Positions 49,275 through 62,090 are shown, numbered from the whole stretch's first letter. The stretch is 63,823 bases of DNA, filler included, from Rhabdomonas costata (GCA_019059605.1; 41 parts of 41 records of this genome joined end to end with filler, not necessarily neighbours in it), one strand, 5' to 3'. A program made the numbers and translations. The notes: a model not told the origin generated them from the letters alone.

Positions 49275-51140
49275 GCTTTATGTGTGAGAGAACTTTTGTC
49301 GGAACCTAACTAGCTAAACGCCGAATGGGTCTGCAACACGGCCTGCGCAGGGGGGCAGGGTCCCTGCTGCACCGCGGCCAGAACTGTTTGGGTGGTTCGA
49401 AGGCACCAGGAGTGTTGGCGCAGTCGAAGTGGGAAAAACTGCGGCAGTTGAAGGAGGGAGGACAGCGGGACAGGGCGGGTGAAGGAGAAAATGGCCCCGT
49501 TGGGACCGTGGAGCTGCACCTGCTGTGCGGAGGGGCTGATGATTTCAAAGTAAGGGCGTGCGGCTTGGGCCGATCGCCAGCGACCCCACACGCAAAGTTG
49601 GTCGGGAGAGACTCCCTGCGAGATGAGGGCAACAGCTCCGCCGCAGAGAGTGCCATGTGAGGGTTGGTGGGATGGCGGGAGAGAGGTTGCGGAGGCGAGT
49701 TTTGGAATTCGGGCCCGGGCCCGGATCGGAAAGATCGCTCAGAAACGTTCGTCATTGTGTTTGAGTCTTTACCGCATTCAGTATTCCCAACCCAAANNNN
49801 NNNNNNNNNNNNNNNNNNNNNNNNNNNNNNNNNNNNNNNNTTAATTAATTAANNNNNNNNNNNNNNNNNNNNNNNNNNNNNNNNNNNNNNNNNNNNCCGC
49901 CACGCCAGATCCATAACACTGCGCCCAAGTTCGGGGGGGGGGGCGTTCGTTGCCATCTCCCTCGCGTTAAAATCACAAATCGTCCTCGGCGCTGCCTTTC
50001 GGAAAGAAAGGAAGGGGGGGTATGTGATGTGCGGGCGCTTCTTAGATGCAAAGGGCCGTGTGCTGGGGTTTGGGTTTGGGTTTTGGTGGTTTGATTTGGG
50101 GGTTTGTACTTACAGCCACGTTGGTTACCGTAACCCTTACCATAACTGTAACCCCAATCGGAACTCAAGTCGCAAATGCGAGACGTTCCTGCTCCACTCA
50201 CGATCTTGGCTGCTCGAATACACCCAAGAAGCCTCAAAAACACCGCAACAACCCTCTCTTGTGGGACTGCTTTTCTCCCCCTCCTGAAGACCGATAGACT
50301 ACATTCCGTCAGGGGGATTTCAGCGAAGGAATGCCCTTCTCCACCTCCTTGGTCGGATCCAAATGCGCATATGCCATCCACATTTTGAATAACGTCCGCC
50401 CCCCAAGAAAAAACCGAATACAATATATTCTTTTTCTACGGATTGTGAATGGCGGTATGGAGGGTTGCTCAAGCCACCTATCTCCCCTTCCCAACAACCC
50501 AAACATTCATGTGTTGGAAGAAAGCAACCAAAGAGGCGAAAGAGATCGAAGTCTCCAAGTCACCAAACCCCCGACCTCCATTTCACCACCCCAATCAGGG
50601 AGACACACATACCACAAATCCGCGAAAAGATTCGGTGGAGGTTTTGCGCGCCCGCGCGCGTGTGTGATTTACTGGGGTGGAGCGGGGGCCGGGGTGATTA
50701 CGTGGTTAACGGCCCAACGCGTTGTACGGCCATGGCATTAACAGTCAAAAGCATGAAGAAATGTCTTTCTGAAGTTTCCTTTTGGGAACATATTTCCAGC
50801 GCCAAGGGGGCCCGTCCACGGGAGGTCCTTTACCGTACCCATTGCTTTGGACTTTTTGCCGTCTAACGTTTTACAGCTTGTTGCGTTTTTTCAATTCTAA
50901 ATGGTCAGAATTGTTCTGTTTTTGTACTGTTTTTTTCAGGCGTGCGCACAGGTGTCAGGGCCAGGGCCGCATTAGTTTAGTTTCTTCTTTCAAATGTGTG
51001 AAGTTGTCAAAACGCTGCCCCTTCTTCCGTGGTTTCGCTTGGCGCAGGTCATCATGCCCCTCACTCCCTTTCTCCCTCTGCAGTGCGTGAGTGGCGATAC
51101 ATTTGCTCACTGCACCTTGCTTTGCTCATCTTGCCACTGT

Positions 51141-51351
51141 TGGTTGAAAGCTTCTGATTGGCAAAAGCAGGGAGCAATTTCTCCTGCCCCCTGAACATAA
51201 TATGCAATCCCTGTTGAGTAGATGACAAACGTAATAAATCCTACGAGTATGCCCTTTTTGCGTTTGTCATCTACTCAACAGGGATTGCATATTATGTTCA
51301 GGGGGCAGGAGAAATTGCTCCCTGCTTTTGCCAATCAGAAGCTTTCAACCA
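51141..51351. repeat. Perfect 91-bp inverted repeat ending at the contig end (probable amplification fold-back)
   Basis: 51141-51231 is the reverse complement of 51261-51351, with a 29-nt loop. Confidence 0.95.
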
Positions 51352-51557
51352 CCCNNNNNNNNNNNNNNNNNNNNNNNNNNNNNNNNNNNNNNNNNNNNTT
51401 AATTAATTAANNNNNNNNNNNNNNNNNNNNNNNNNNNNNNNNNNNNNNNNNNNNGGTTGGTGGGCCGTTAACCGCTAAGCACTACCAAACGGTTACTATG
51501 TTTTCAAACACTCCTCGCCCGCGCACACTCACACACACACCACACTTTCCCGCGCAC

Positions 51558-51797
51558 CTTCACGGCAAGAAGCTCCTCGGGGTGGCCCACCCTCCAGCCC
51601 TTAGCGACTGTCCCAAAGCACCCCGCGCCGATCTTCATGTCGGAAACCTCGTATTCACCTGACACGGTTCGAATTTTCTCACTGGAATACTGCGGCATCA
51701 CAACAGTGGGCACCGGGGTGGGACTGTATAACGACGAACTGGAGGAGGCAGAGGAATTCCCCACACCTTCGGAAACCCCTTGGCCCGGTACGGACAT
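51558..51797 (-). CDS. First exon of a Ser/Thr protein kinase (possibly ULK/ATG1-like)
   Basis: ATG at 51797. YEVSDMKIGAGCFGTVAKGWRVGHPEELLAVK is the Gly-rich loop plus the catalytic Lys (AVK). GT donor follows. Confidence 0.85.
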
Positions 51798-52822
51798 CTC
51801 ACACCATTAACCAGAAAATCAGCACAAACAAAACCAAGGAGCAAAAAGAAGCAGTAATCGAAAGTTGCAGGCAAACCACTTCGACTGGAAGAAAAATGGG
51901 ACGGAGCAACCAAACTAGAGCAAAGACACCAAAAAGCAATACAGCACCAAGACAGCAGAATAACCACCAACATAGCCTGGACCAAGGAGAAGCTGGACAA
52001 GGAGCCAGAGCATCTCATTGCTGATGGCCTTCCTCGCAGAATTCCGAAAGGATTTTGGCGGGGAGGAAGATGGGGAGGAAAGAAAGAGCGGAGGAGATGC
52101 GCAGGTGCTGCAGTGATGTGGCGGAGTTGCTCGCGTGGTTTGAAGATGACAAGTACACCGAAAACCAAGCTGACCCCCCACCTCCCACCGTTTAATCTAC
52201 AGTTGCTTTGGCTCACGAGCACAGCCTTGAAGAGGCTGGAAGAGGCACTTCCCAAAAGCGGAACCAAAGACATGTGAAGCGATTTGAAGGGACCCAAAAA
52301 CGTGCTGGCACTGGCGCCGCTCTTGGGCTGGTAGAATTTCGAGAGAAGACGGCGGGCTGTGCGCAAGAAAGGGGAGAATATGGTGGTGATGAATGGTGCG
52401 GAACCTTCCCATAATGCCCCTTTCCAGTTTTCAGCCTCAGTCCTCGAGGGAAGGAATTGGCAAGAAGTCAGAATCCTCATTTCCCTGTCCCATTTACATA
52501 GTCCATACCTCCTTTTCACCTTTTCTTTTCCATTCCCACTCAGCGCACCTTTTCAACCGATGGTAAGTGGGCATATTCAAGTAAAGGGAAAATTAAAGCG
52601 GTCACCTCAATGAGAAACTGCCAAAGGTCAGCCAAGATGCCCCAGAGCCACAAAAGGTGCACTCTGAGAGACCCAGGGCATCAGGCCGAGGTTGGGAGGG
52701 GAGTATCGCACAAGAGCAGGGAACCCCCCCCTCGAAGAACTCATGCACACGAACAGCCACTTCCAAAAGGAAAGGGCTGAGGAGCTGAAACTCACATTCC
52801 ACTTTCTGCAGTGGTGAAAAAC

Positions 52823-52853
<31 letters not shown>

Positions 52854-53017
52854 GAGAGCGAGAAGTGACAAAGGCAAAGCCCAGCCGAAATGATTTTTCA
52901 CAAACCAAACAAANNNNNNNNNNNNNNNNNNNNNNNNNNNNNNNNNNNNNNNNNNNNTTAATTAATTAANNNNNNNNNNNNNNNNNNNNNNNNNNNNNNN
53001 NNNNNNNNNNNNNTGTT

Positions 53018-53148
53018 GGGCATAACCAAACGTGGCATCTGATGTTTTGAGTTTTCACTCGGGCATCTTGCGCATTTGTCACGAGAGAAAATGAGCAAGA
53101 TGCCCGAGTGAAAACTCAAAACATCAGATGCCACGTTTGGTTATGCCC
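53018..53148. repeat. Perfect 54-bp inverted repeat at the contig start (probable fold-back)
   Basis: 53018-53071 is the reverse complement of 53095-53148. Confidence 0.95.
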
Positions 53149-53252
53149 GACTCAACAATTATAGCTCTGCAGAAAGCCCAGGGTTCCAGCACAACCGTCA
53201 TTTCATTGATTCAACAGAAAGGAAATGTGACTGGCATGTGCGTCTGCTTCAG

Positions 53253-54405
53253 GCATGCCGTGCGGCACTCATGCTCCGCGACACTCTAGCGAAGAAAAGC
53301 GAGTTCTCCGCGGTGCGTGTGAAAGTCGCCGTAGGCACAGGCTCCGCTCAGGTCGGGAATATCGGCAGCAAGGCCCACCTGAGCTTCAGCATTGTGGGCC
53401 CGGTTATGCTAGTGACCAGCGCGCTGTGCAAGCTGAACGCGTTCCTGGGCACGGACATCCTGATCAGCTCGAACACGTGGCGGGACGTGAAGGGCCAATT
53501 TGTTGCCCAAATAGTATGTGATTCATTGTTTGTGCTCCTAGGTGTGCGGTGAACATTTCACTAGTTATCCCCGTTTTTGGCAATTCGCCCAACCATAGTC
53601 TCTTTCCCCAGGCACCTGCTCACCTCAGCCTCCCTGTACCTCTCCCATCATTCAGAGACCCCATCTCGCTTTGTCCCAATGTTTCCTTTCCCTTCACTGC
53701 TTGTCGTAAGTTTCTTAAGTTTCTTTCGGAAATCCTACAACAGATTCACAAACACGCACCCACACACCCTCAGGTTGCTCACGTCGATCTAGCGTGTGCG
53801 GGTGGGGAACCCGCTCCTGTTACCACCACTGTGGAGGCCTTTTCTGGGGATGCGGTGGAGCTTCTGCCCCCGGTCTCCCCAAAGTCTCCGATCACCCCGT
53901 CCCGAACTGTGGGGCTGACCTCGCTGTGCCAATCCTTGACCAACGCGGCAGAGGTCTGCGTTTCGATGTGTGGTGCATGGTGAGGTGCACATCGGTGCGT
54001 GGTGGGAAAGAGGGATGTGCTTAGCAGGCGGGTTTCGGAAGATTCCAACATCTTGCTTTCTTGATTACGCATGCGTTTTCTTCCTCCTCTTGACGCGTTT
54101 CTCATTTTTGGCGGCTACTTGACGTGTCAGAAAGTCAGAAAACAACGGCGGGGGTTGTTGAAAAGATGGTGTTGAGATTGAGGCCTCATGGTGGTACTAA
54201 AAAGAGGAGGAATCATGGTTCAGCTGACAAAAACAGAAGGGAGGATGATGGTGATATATGAACCACGTGAGCCACGTGTAGATCGTCGTTCCCGGTGCAT
54301 GAACAGTGTTCGCATGTTATCCGACGGATTTCCCTTTTCCAAGGTACGGAAGATGTTCGCCCTTCATTTGGTGCGAGCGGTGGATGGAAGCGGCGATGGT
54401 GAATG
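53253..54405 (+). CDS. Second class III nucleotide cyclase-like gene, degenerate; exons 53253-53513, 53774-53953, 54344-54405
   Basis: ACRAALML...VRVKVAVGTGSAQVGNIGSKAHLSFSIVGPV...LNAFLGTDILISSNTWRDVKGQF. GT-AG phase-0 introns. Confidence 0.88.
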
Positions 54406-54599
54406 GTTTGTCTCCCTTTGTGCTCCCCAACTCTCTCCTCCACCCTCAACAGCGCGGCCTTCCACTGACACCNNNNNNNNNNNNNNNNNNNNNNNNNNNN
54501 NNNNNNNNNNNNNNNNTTAATTAATTAANNNNNNNNNNNNNNNNNNNNNNNNNNNNNNNNNNNNNNNNNNNNGGGGGGGTGTCAGCAATTGGAGAGCTG

Positions 54600-55545
54600 T
54601 TGATTGCCATTTCGGCGAGTGGCAGGTGGTGGAAACATTGGATTGTAGGTTGTTGGAGGTGTTGGAGGTGTTGGAGGTGTTGGAGGTATACTAAGGAAAA
54701 CCTTGCTTCAAGGTTTGATTGGTCCGTTCTGCTTGCCCATTTGTTTGTGTGTGGTAGGGGCTAGAAGTGCGCATTTTGATGTAGAGGGCACAGCAAAGTG
54801 TTTTCCACAACTCACTAGTAAACATTGTGTCACGGCAACCCGTGGTAGCAAACCACTGCATTCAGAAATTTCTTGGCTGTCATTTGAGAGGTATTGTGCT
54901 TGTTGATCTGACTGAGGTGTACCATTTTAGTTCCTTTGCATGTCACCATATCTGATTGAAGACAATTGGTCCGGAGGTGCCCGGCATTGAGCACTCATCC
55001 ACATGCGCCCAGTCCATAGAGACCATTTGCCATTTTCGTTTGGAAATTTTCAGATGTTCTAAACGTCGTCGCGGAAGGTGATTCTCCGCTTTTCCGACCT
55101 GAAAAAAGTGGTTAGTATTAATGCAATCCACCACCTTCCATCGTGTATTTGTGACCATCGGGACAATGCGATGAACTCCCCAATGCCCACCAACATGTGT
55201 GTCATGATTTTAATTAATGACTTATTGAACCAGAGACCTGGGCACTGTGATAATATTGTCTTCCAAAAGGCTTACAAGGCGGTAGTTGTGTTGGTACTAT
55301 GTTTTGATTTGACTAGGTAGACTTGCAGTGAGGGTCCTCAAGATAGTCATCTCACCAGTAATCTGGCGCCATGGACATTTCCAAAGAAAGAAACCGGTGT
55401 TGGTGTTCATGGCACTTTTGAAATTAGCATTACAAACAGGGAATCTGTTCTCGAGTAAAAGCATCTACAGCTGAATTCAAACGTCCTGGAATGTGGTAGT
55501 TTTAAGTGTGTGGGCCTGACGTTTCTCAAGAAACCACAGTTAGCT
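54600..55545 (-). mobile_element. Decayed Ty3/gypsy RNase H end plus integrase
   Basis: YHIPGRLNSAVDAFTR (RNase H end), HDTHVGGHWGVHR (zinc-finger histidines), QVGKAENHLPRRRLEHLKISKRKWQMVSMDW (start of core). Contains stops and frameshifts. Confidence 0.85.
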
Positions 55546-55714
55546 CCAAGTGAAGTGTTGTCATGAACGACACTTCAGACTCTTGGGGAAAAAAGATGTG
55601 GAGGTACCAGAAGATCACGATGCCAGAGCGCGGGAACGGACGCCGAAAATGCAAATGAGTGATAAAAGAAGGTGTAAAACTGTGTACATGAAGGAGGAAT
55701 GAGGTATGCTGGGG

Positions 55715-55985
55715 AATAAGCGTCGGCAGGATTCAAGGAGGAGGGTACCCGGACCAATTGAAACTGTATGTGCGCAGAGAGGCAGAGGCGAAAAATTCGA
55801 CGGAGAATGCGAGCGCGGTTGGGATTGGATGAAGACACACGAAGGTTCGAAAGTGTGTGAAAGACGGCGTAGTTATTTGTGAAGACGCAAACAAAGGTTA
55901 GGTGTGGAATGCTGCCTGGCGCAGGCCGTGAAAGACTGCATAAAGTTCAGCGTCTTGTTGCAATGTGACCCATGTTGGGGTGGAG
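55715..55985 (-). mobile_element. RNase H of a tyrosine-recombinase-type retrotransposon (DIRS/Ngaro/VIPER/TATE-like), frameshifted
   Basis: WVTLQQDAELYAVFHGLRQA / VCVFTNNYAVFHTL...NPNRARILRRIFRLCLSAHIQFQLVRVPSSLNPADAYS matches the EL.A, DN and V.S..NPAD..S pattern. Confidence 0.72.
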
Positions 55986-56470
55986 GTGGAGGTTGCAAAG
56001 GAGCGTGGCCGGAAGGACAAAACCAACCTAANNNNNNNNNNNNNNNNNNNNNNNNNNNNNNNNNNNNNNNNNNNNTTAATTAATTAANNNNNNNNNNNNN
56101 NNNNNNNNNNNNNNNNNNNNNNNNNNNNNNNTGTTTTGGTGGAGAGAAAGGCCAAAGGTCTGCCTTCCTCTCATTCTCCTTCCTTTTTACGCGTTCGCGC
56201 CGCGCCCCTATTTCTCCTGTTGTTGTGCAGGTGGACGGGAAGCAGTGTACTTGTGTAATGAGGAGCCCTTCCTACGTTCCTCACTGTCAACCCAAAAGGC
56301 ATTGCTGTTAACCTTTTCAAACACGGTGGTGTACCAACATGTGGAAGGGCCACGGGCGTCGAAGGACGAAGGCGAAAACATCGAAGAAGGCAGACCTTTG
56401 GCCTTTCTCTCCACCATAATGCGCATACCTAATTTACATAAGCAACAATGGATATTTTTCGCCATCGCAC

Positions 56471-57248
56471 CTCGCAAGTGGAGTCGTCGTAGTATCGACT
56501 GCCGTCGTAGTCACACAGCCGCAAGGTCTTCACGGAGAGGTCACACGCCTCCAGCCGCCTGCACATCCCCTTCAGCAGACTTGGCTCTGTGAAGGCCCGC
56601 ACAAAAACCCTTGCCAAGGTAACCACCGAACTGTCATTAAAAAGAGTTCTCTCACTTGCAACAAACCTTCGCCATAACACACAACCTTTCTTTTTTAAGT
56701 TCTTTTACCGGCCATCTTAATGAAATTTCATTCAGATGGAAGGAAACCTCAAAAATGAAAAGGGAGGAGGGAGTAAACAAACATCTAACATCTGGTGCAA
56801 AAGGTCCCAGGAACCACACAAAAAAAAGTGGGGGGTTGGTTGGAAAGGTGGAAGGGTGGAAGGGGCTGAAATGCCCGACTGGTGTGCATGCCAAGAACGA
56901 GACGAAGAGGAGACGCGTGTGGGATGTGCATGTAATATTTCATCACATCAGCAAAAGTCATTTTTGGGAGACAGGGGGAGAACCGGAGGTGGGAAGGGAA
57001 AGAGTTGGAGAAGGGCGAAGCAATCTCCATCTATGTACGCGTCCACCCCCACAAAGAGATAGAGAGAGACCCAGGTCCTCGCTCCACATCCTCTCGTTGA
57101 TTGCCAGAATGAGGCCCTGCCGAGTCCGGGCCCACGTGCTCAACGGGGGCTGATCAGACGGAAGCCCCGTGCCCTGCTTGCCCAGTCGGATGGCCGCCGC
57201 CAGGGACAGCACCAGGAGGCAGTTCAAGTCCGTTGGGGCGCCCACAAC
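56471..57248 (-). CDS. Six-hairpin glycoside hydrolase-like protein (GH37/63/78-type); exons 57071-57248 and 56471-56586
   Basis: PTDLNCLLVLSLAAAIRLGKQ...WARTRQGLILAINERMWSEDL fits D.N...L...LG...W...L..AIN..W.E. The exons have AG/GT bounds. Confidence 0.6.
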
Positions 57249-59443
57249 CTTCGCGCACGGCAAACAAGGAATGCACAAAGCAATGGTGGAGCAATCTTTG
57301 GCGTGCCGACGCTCCACGCACTTTCAGCGTGGGGATGGAATGGCACTAAGCCTCTAAGCCTCAAAGTCAAGTCAACGCTCTCGTCAACCAAGAATGGAAC
57401 TTGACCTTTTATCAAAGGCAGAATTCACCAGGAAAAGCACAAGATGAAGTGCACATTTACTGTTTGGGCTGTGAACTAGTGCTTTTATGGGCCCCTTCCG
57501 GAGAGTGCATGTGGTTAGGAGTTGATGCACGTCCCCTGGAATTCTAATGAAGGGTAGGAATTTGCAGGGGGTTAACCCGATGCACAGTTCNNNNNNNNNN
57601 NNNNNNNNNNNNNNNNNNNNNNNNNNNNNNNNNNTTAATTAATTAANNNNNNNNNNNNNNNNNNNNNNNNNNNNNNNNNNNNNNNNNNNNGGGGGGTTTG
57701 TGTACCGGTGGATCACCAAGGCGGAGTTCGCCAAGCTTCGCGACGAACCCACGCCCCAGATCAAGCAGTATGACTCTCTGTCACTGGCGCTTCAGTGTGG
57801 TGTGGAGGTTTGTGTTGATAGGAAGCCTGCAATGAACTCGTCGGAAGAGCCTTCCGTCACCGTCGATCAGAGAGCATGAAGTGTGCTGAAACTTTTCCAT
57901 TCGGTGTTTAACACAATGATGCCTCAAGTCAGCACCAACGTTTAGCCACGAGAGCTTACAAGAGCTAATCGCAATTAATGGTAAGAGAGAGAGAGAGAGA
58001 GAGCTCATGCTCTTCTTTCTTCTTATTTCTTTCTGGTGCGGCCCGGTGAATTGTCATGTTTAACTGGAACGGAGTTGCATCCATTTTCTGAGTTCTGCAT
58101 CCCCCGTGGGTTATAGGTTTCCGCTTGACTCGATGATTCTGAAGATTCTCCAGATCAAATGGGGGGAGCCACAACGGCTGCTCGGTATGCCATGGGTATC
58201 TGTGTGTGTGTGTTCATCTTGCATTTATGAGACAGAGAAGGGGGTGAGGCCCGATGAGCCCATGCCCCATCGAGGGTGGGGAGCCCAGAGGGGAAGAGAA
58301 ACGCGAGTCTTCCCCGGAAAAAAAGTCGCCTTGGCCAAGTGCACGAAGTGTGTGTGTGTAACTTGCATGTACAAGTATGTGTGGTGGGTTAGCCAAGAAA
58401 AATTTTCTCTAGAGTGGGCCTGTTCTCCGTTCCTCCACTTATTCTGCTGTAATTCCGGACTGCTTCGCTGTCGCTGAGGTGCTCTTAGGCGTTACATCCT
58501 CGAGACATAGAACGTTCGAACACAGCATTCACTTCGATAGGTGCACACTATTCTGTGGGTTGATTTCAAGCACGCTCATCCATGTTATAGCAGAATTGCA
58601 CTGGTGGCAACTGGTTGTCTGTCTGTCCGTCTTTCTTTCTGTTTGCGTAACTCTCTATCTCTCTCTCCCACTCACAGCGCAGACGATCGATCCTCCGGAC
58701 TTGAACACCATTGACATGTCTTACCAGACCCTCCTCGACAGTGTGTGGAGTGTCTCCCTTTCTCTTCTTCGGGATGGTGCGCGTTGCCATAACTGTTCTT
58801 AAGTGGACCATTATGTTGCAGTTGACACTTTGATTTGGCGAACTCAAAAACGGAGATTACAACCAATCTAAAACACACATGAAAATCAGTGCTGGCACAC
58901 CGGCGTACGGTGCACCACCCTACAGTTCTTATCTTATCAAAATCTAAGTCAAAGGTTAAACAAGCGTTAAAAAAAAGGCCCCTTCCAAGCCTAAGCCTGT
59001 GTTAACACAACAAAAAAAAGCCTAAAAACACCCAAAAATTGCCGTTACATTGCCTCTGTTGTGGCTGTAAACCCAAGCATTTCGGCTTGCTCCAGCGCCA
59101 GCATGAAGTTACTCCTGAGCCCTTCCGTTAGGTGTGACCCAAAACCNNNNNNNNNNNNNNNNNNNNNNNNNNNNNNNNNNNNNNNNNNNNTTAATTAATT
59201 AANNNNNNNNNNNNNNNNNNNNNNNNNNNNNNNNNNNNNNNNNNNNTGTTGTGGGTGGAGGACTACGCTTTGGTACCAAAGGGAGACCTTGACAAGCAGT
59301 TATTTGCCATTTATCTGGAGAGGATTTTGTGGATATACAAAACACCCCACTTCGGTGTAGCCCTCTTCTTTCCAATCGTTCGATTATTTATTTGGAGAGG
59401 ATATTTTTCAGTACGAGTTTTGTCACTTGGAATTCTCTGTCAG

Positions 59444-59652
59444 ACCTGAACTTCATGACGATCTCGGAGTTCACCGCGTTCATGCGCACAGAGCAGGGCG
59501 AGCTGCGGTGGACGGACGACAGCAGCCTGGAGGTGCTGCGGGCTCTGCGGGTAAGCCTGGAGAACAACCGCCTGGCCTTCACCCTGGGCCAGTTCACCAC
59601 CTACCTCCTAGACCCCGAGCGCAACTCCGCCTGGAACAGGGACCACCTGAAG
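59444..59652 (+). CDS. Phosphoinositide phospholipase C, EF-hand-like exon just before the X box
   Basis: FMTISEFTAFMRTEQGE...FTLGQFTTYLLDPERNSAWNRDHLK(V) matches F..FL..EQ.E...F..YL....NS. CAG and GT boundaries. Confidence 0.85.
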
Positions 59653-60353
59653 GTGTCCGCTGCCCCCCTTCCTGCCCCTCTGGAGCCCGTGTCGGGCGCC
59701 CTTCCCCGCTGCACCCGCTGCACGGGTTATCTCTGGAGATGCTCAGTGGATGAGGAGGTGAGAAGGTGAGTTGGGTAGGTGTTGTAGAGCTTGGGGAGCG
59801 GGGAGGTGCGATTTCGACGACGATGACGGGTGACGCTCCGTGGCTATAGTGTGATTTTCACCGTCACAGCATGCTGGGGATGCGGAGCGATTTGTGGCCA
59901 TCGGAGCTCTAATCAGTGTGAGCTGGCTTGTGGGCTTTCTTTTAAGAGCAGGTTTTTGATATGTGTGTGTATTTGTACGAGTTGGGCGAGAAAGAGAACG
60001 GGAGAGAGAGGGAAAGGGGAGCGAAGAGAGCTTAGCAAGGGGCGCCGATCTTGTCAACGTTCAAAACGTTCGAAAAAGAATAAGAATCGACAAAGTGGTG
60101 TTCAAAAGACTCTTTTGGGACGCCTTTGGCCTTTGGATACCGCCAGCAAACGCATATACGCAGACACGATATGAAGGGGATGCAACGATTTTCGGGTCTC
60201 CGTGACCACGTTTTAGAAATGCTGCAAAGGGAGCCGCCGATCGGCGCGAAAAAAGGGGTTGGCGGGGAGGTGTAACGGCCTTGTGGACATCCAAGCCATT
60301 GGGGCATAAGTCCCTTCGCGCCCCCTCCTTCACCCAAACCGCAAATGGCACAC

Positions 60354-60490
60354 CTTGCACCCACGCTCTGAAGCGACGTACTCCGGGATGGTCATCGCGG
60401 AGATCCTCCGGGGCTGAGTGCAGTAGATCCGCTTGCCCGCAGGCACAATCCCGGAATCCAGGATGAACTGCGGGATCAGCGTGGTCTTCC
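60354..60490 (-). CDS. DEAH/RHA-family RNA helicase exon (motifs I and Ia); not shown in the supplied ORF track
   Basis: [49 protein letters not shown] acceptor at 60491-60493 and GT donor at 60352-60353. Confidence 0.93.
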
Positions 60491-61829
60491 CTGCGCCCCA
60501 CAAAGCCACCCATCACAGGAGAGGAAGGGAGAAAGAGAGACCCCAACTACCCAGGGTATCTTCCATGTGGCCTCGCCGAACCACTACACACGTATCTCCA
60601 AGCGTACTTGAGACCACCGCACAACCTAGGCAAGGAACTTCATGGGCGTCCCCATTACTACTCGTTGTTACTAGGATGCGTTGGCTTGTTCTCTTTTCGT
60701 TTGACNNNNNNNNNNNNNNNNNNNNNNNNNNNNNNNNNNNNNNNNNNNNTTAATTAATTAANNNNNNNNNNNNNNNNNNNNNNNNNNNNNNNNNNNNNNN
60801 NNNNNTGTGGTTGGTTATTCGGTAGCAGCAATGTGCATGCTGTCCTGAACACTCATCATCACGTATTAAATTGTCAGTCTGCCGTTAATTGTGGAGTACG
60901 TATTTAAACTTCTTGTGAAAGAATCTGGCGCTTCATATCTGGAAAACTTGTGTCTTCGCTTGGTGAAGTCAAAACGGTGTTTGCTAAGTACACGACTTGG
61001 GCGTCAGTCCACTTGATATTCGTCAGAACGTAGGCCTTCCCATGGTAGGACAAATTTAATTACTTGACGCTGAGGTGCTATATGCAGTCAGTTCCACCTC
61101 TGGAACGCTTGCGTTTTTCACCAAGTCACCTGGTGCGGAATGTCCACAAAAGTGGAGTTGGAGGTAGCTGTCTCCAAACAAAGCGCCCGAAAGTCCCTGT
61201 CATAGTTTTGTTATATCGATACCTGACAGATACCCCATCCCATAGTCTGGAAAGAAGCGGCGCAGACGTCACATTAGGAGACAAATCAAAATTAATCAAG
61301 AATTTTGTGACCAATGACACAGAACACAGCACAATGAGAAGTCGGCCACAAGCAAATGTGCAATAAAGAGCATGTCTCTCAAATAGATGCTAACAAAGAC
61401 ATAATGAAAACAGTTTAATGTGTATCCCTTATAACCCGTGAATTATAACTGTCGTTCTGGGAGTATGGTTAGATCCATGACACCCAGATGAAGAACAAAA
61501 GTTAGACTAATAATGTTGTTGAAAGTGTACAAAAGTGCCGTTGCGGTCTGTAAATGATTAACAGTCGTCACGCAAATGACGCAGTGAGGTAAACACATGT
61601 AATGGTCCACTTTGGCTGCCACTTCTAACATAAGGGGTACAATTACATGCCACAAAAGATGTAAAAGCACTCCGCAATTTGATTCTCCATTCTTGCTGTT
61701 TGTAACTTTGGTGTTGTGGCAGCTCCACGATGTGTAAAGTCTAGACTTTGCTTTGCCTTAGGTGCTTCGCCAATTGTCACATTGTATGACAAATGCCTTT
61801 CAGCGCGTTTGAATAATTAGACGTGATGC

Positions 61830-62090
61830 ATATTTCGCGGATGGCAGAACGAAGCTGCAAATCGAAACGTTGAGGTTAACTCATGCTCAGCAAAAACGCT
61901 CCAAGCTGCTGATGTTAGTTTGCAGAATATTTCTACAATATCAAGTATCCATCTCGGACAATTCTGGGCTCATAATCGTCCGCTTGGTAGCTGTTAAACT
62001 GGTAAGCTCGGTCATGATGGTGCAAATTGAAATTAGCGTCGATCATTCAGCGACAAAATTAATAAGCCGTAGAATTTGTAATTCACTATG
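61830..62090 (-). pseudogene. Decayed intronless cysteine-containing LRR (FBXL-like) sequence
   Basis: ELQILRLINF...MTELTSLTA...PELSEMDT*YCRNILQTNISSLERFC*A*VNLNVSIC reads in one frame with stops. The contig is AT-rich. Confidence 0.45.

Noticed and set aside
54651-54688. (TGTTGGAGG)x4 array as a telomere or primer concatemer
   Set aside because: It is a short internal 9-bp slippage repeat within a gypsy relic, contains A, and does not match TTAGGG.
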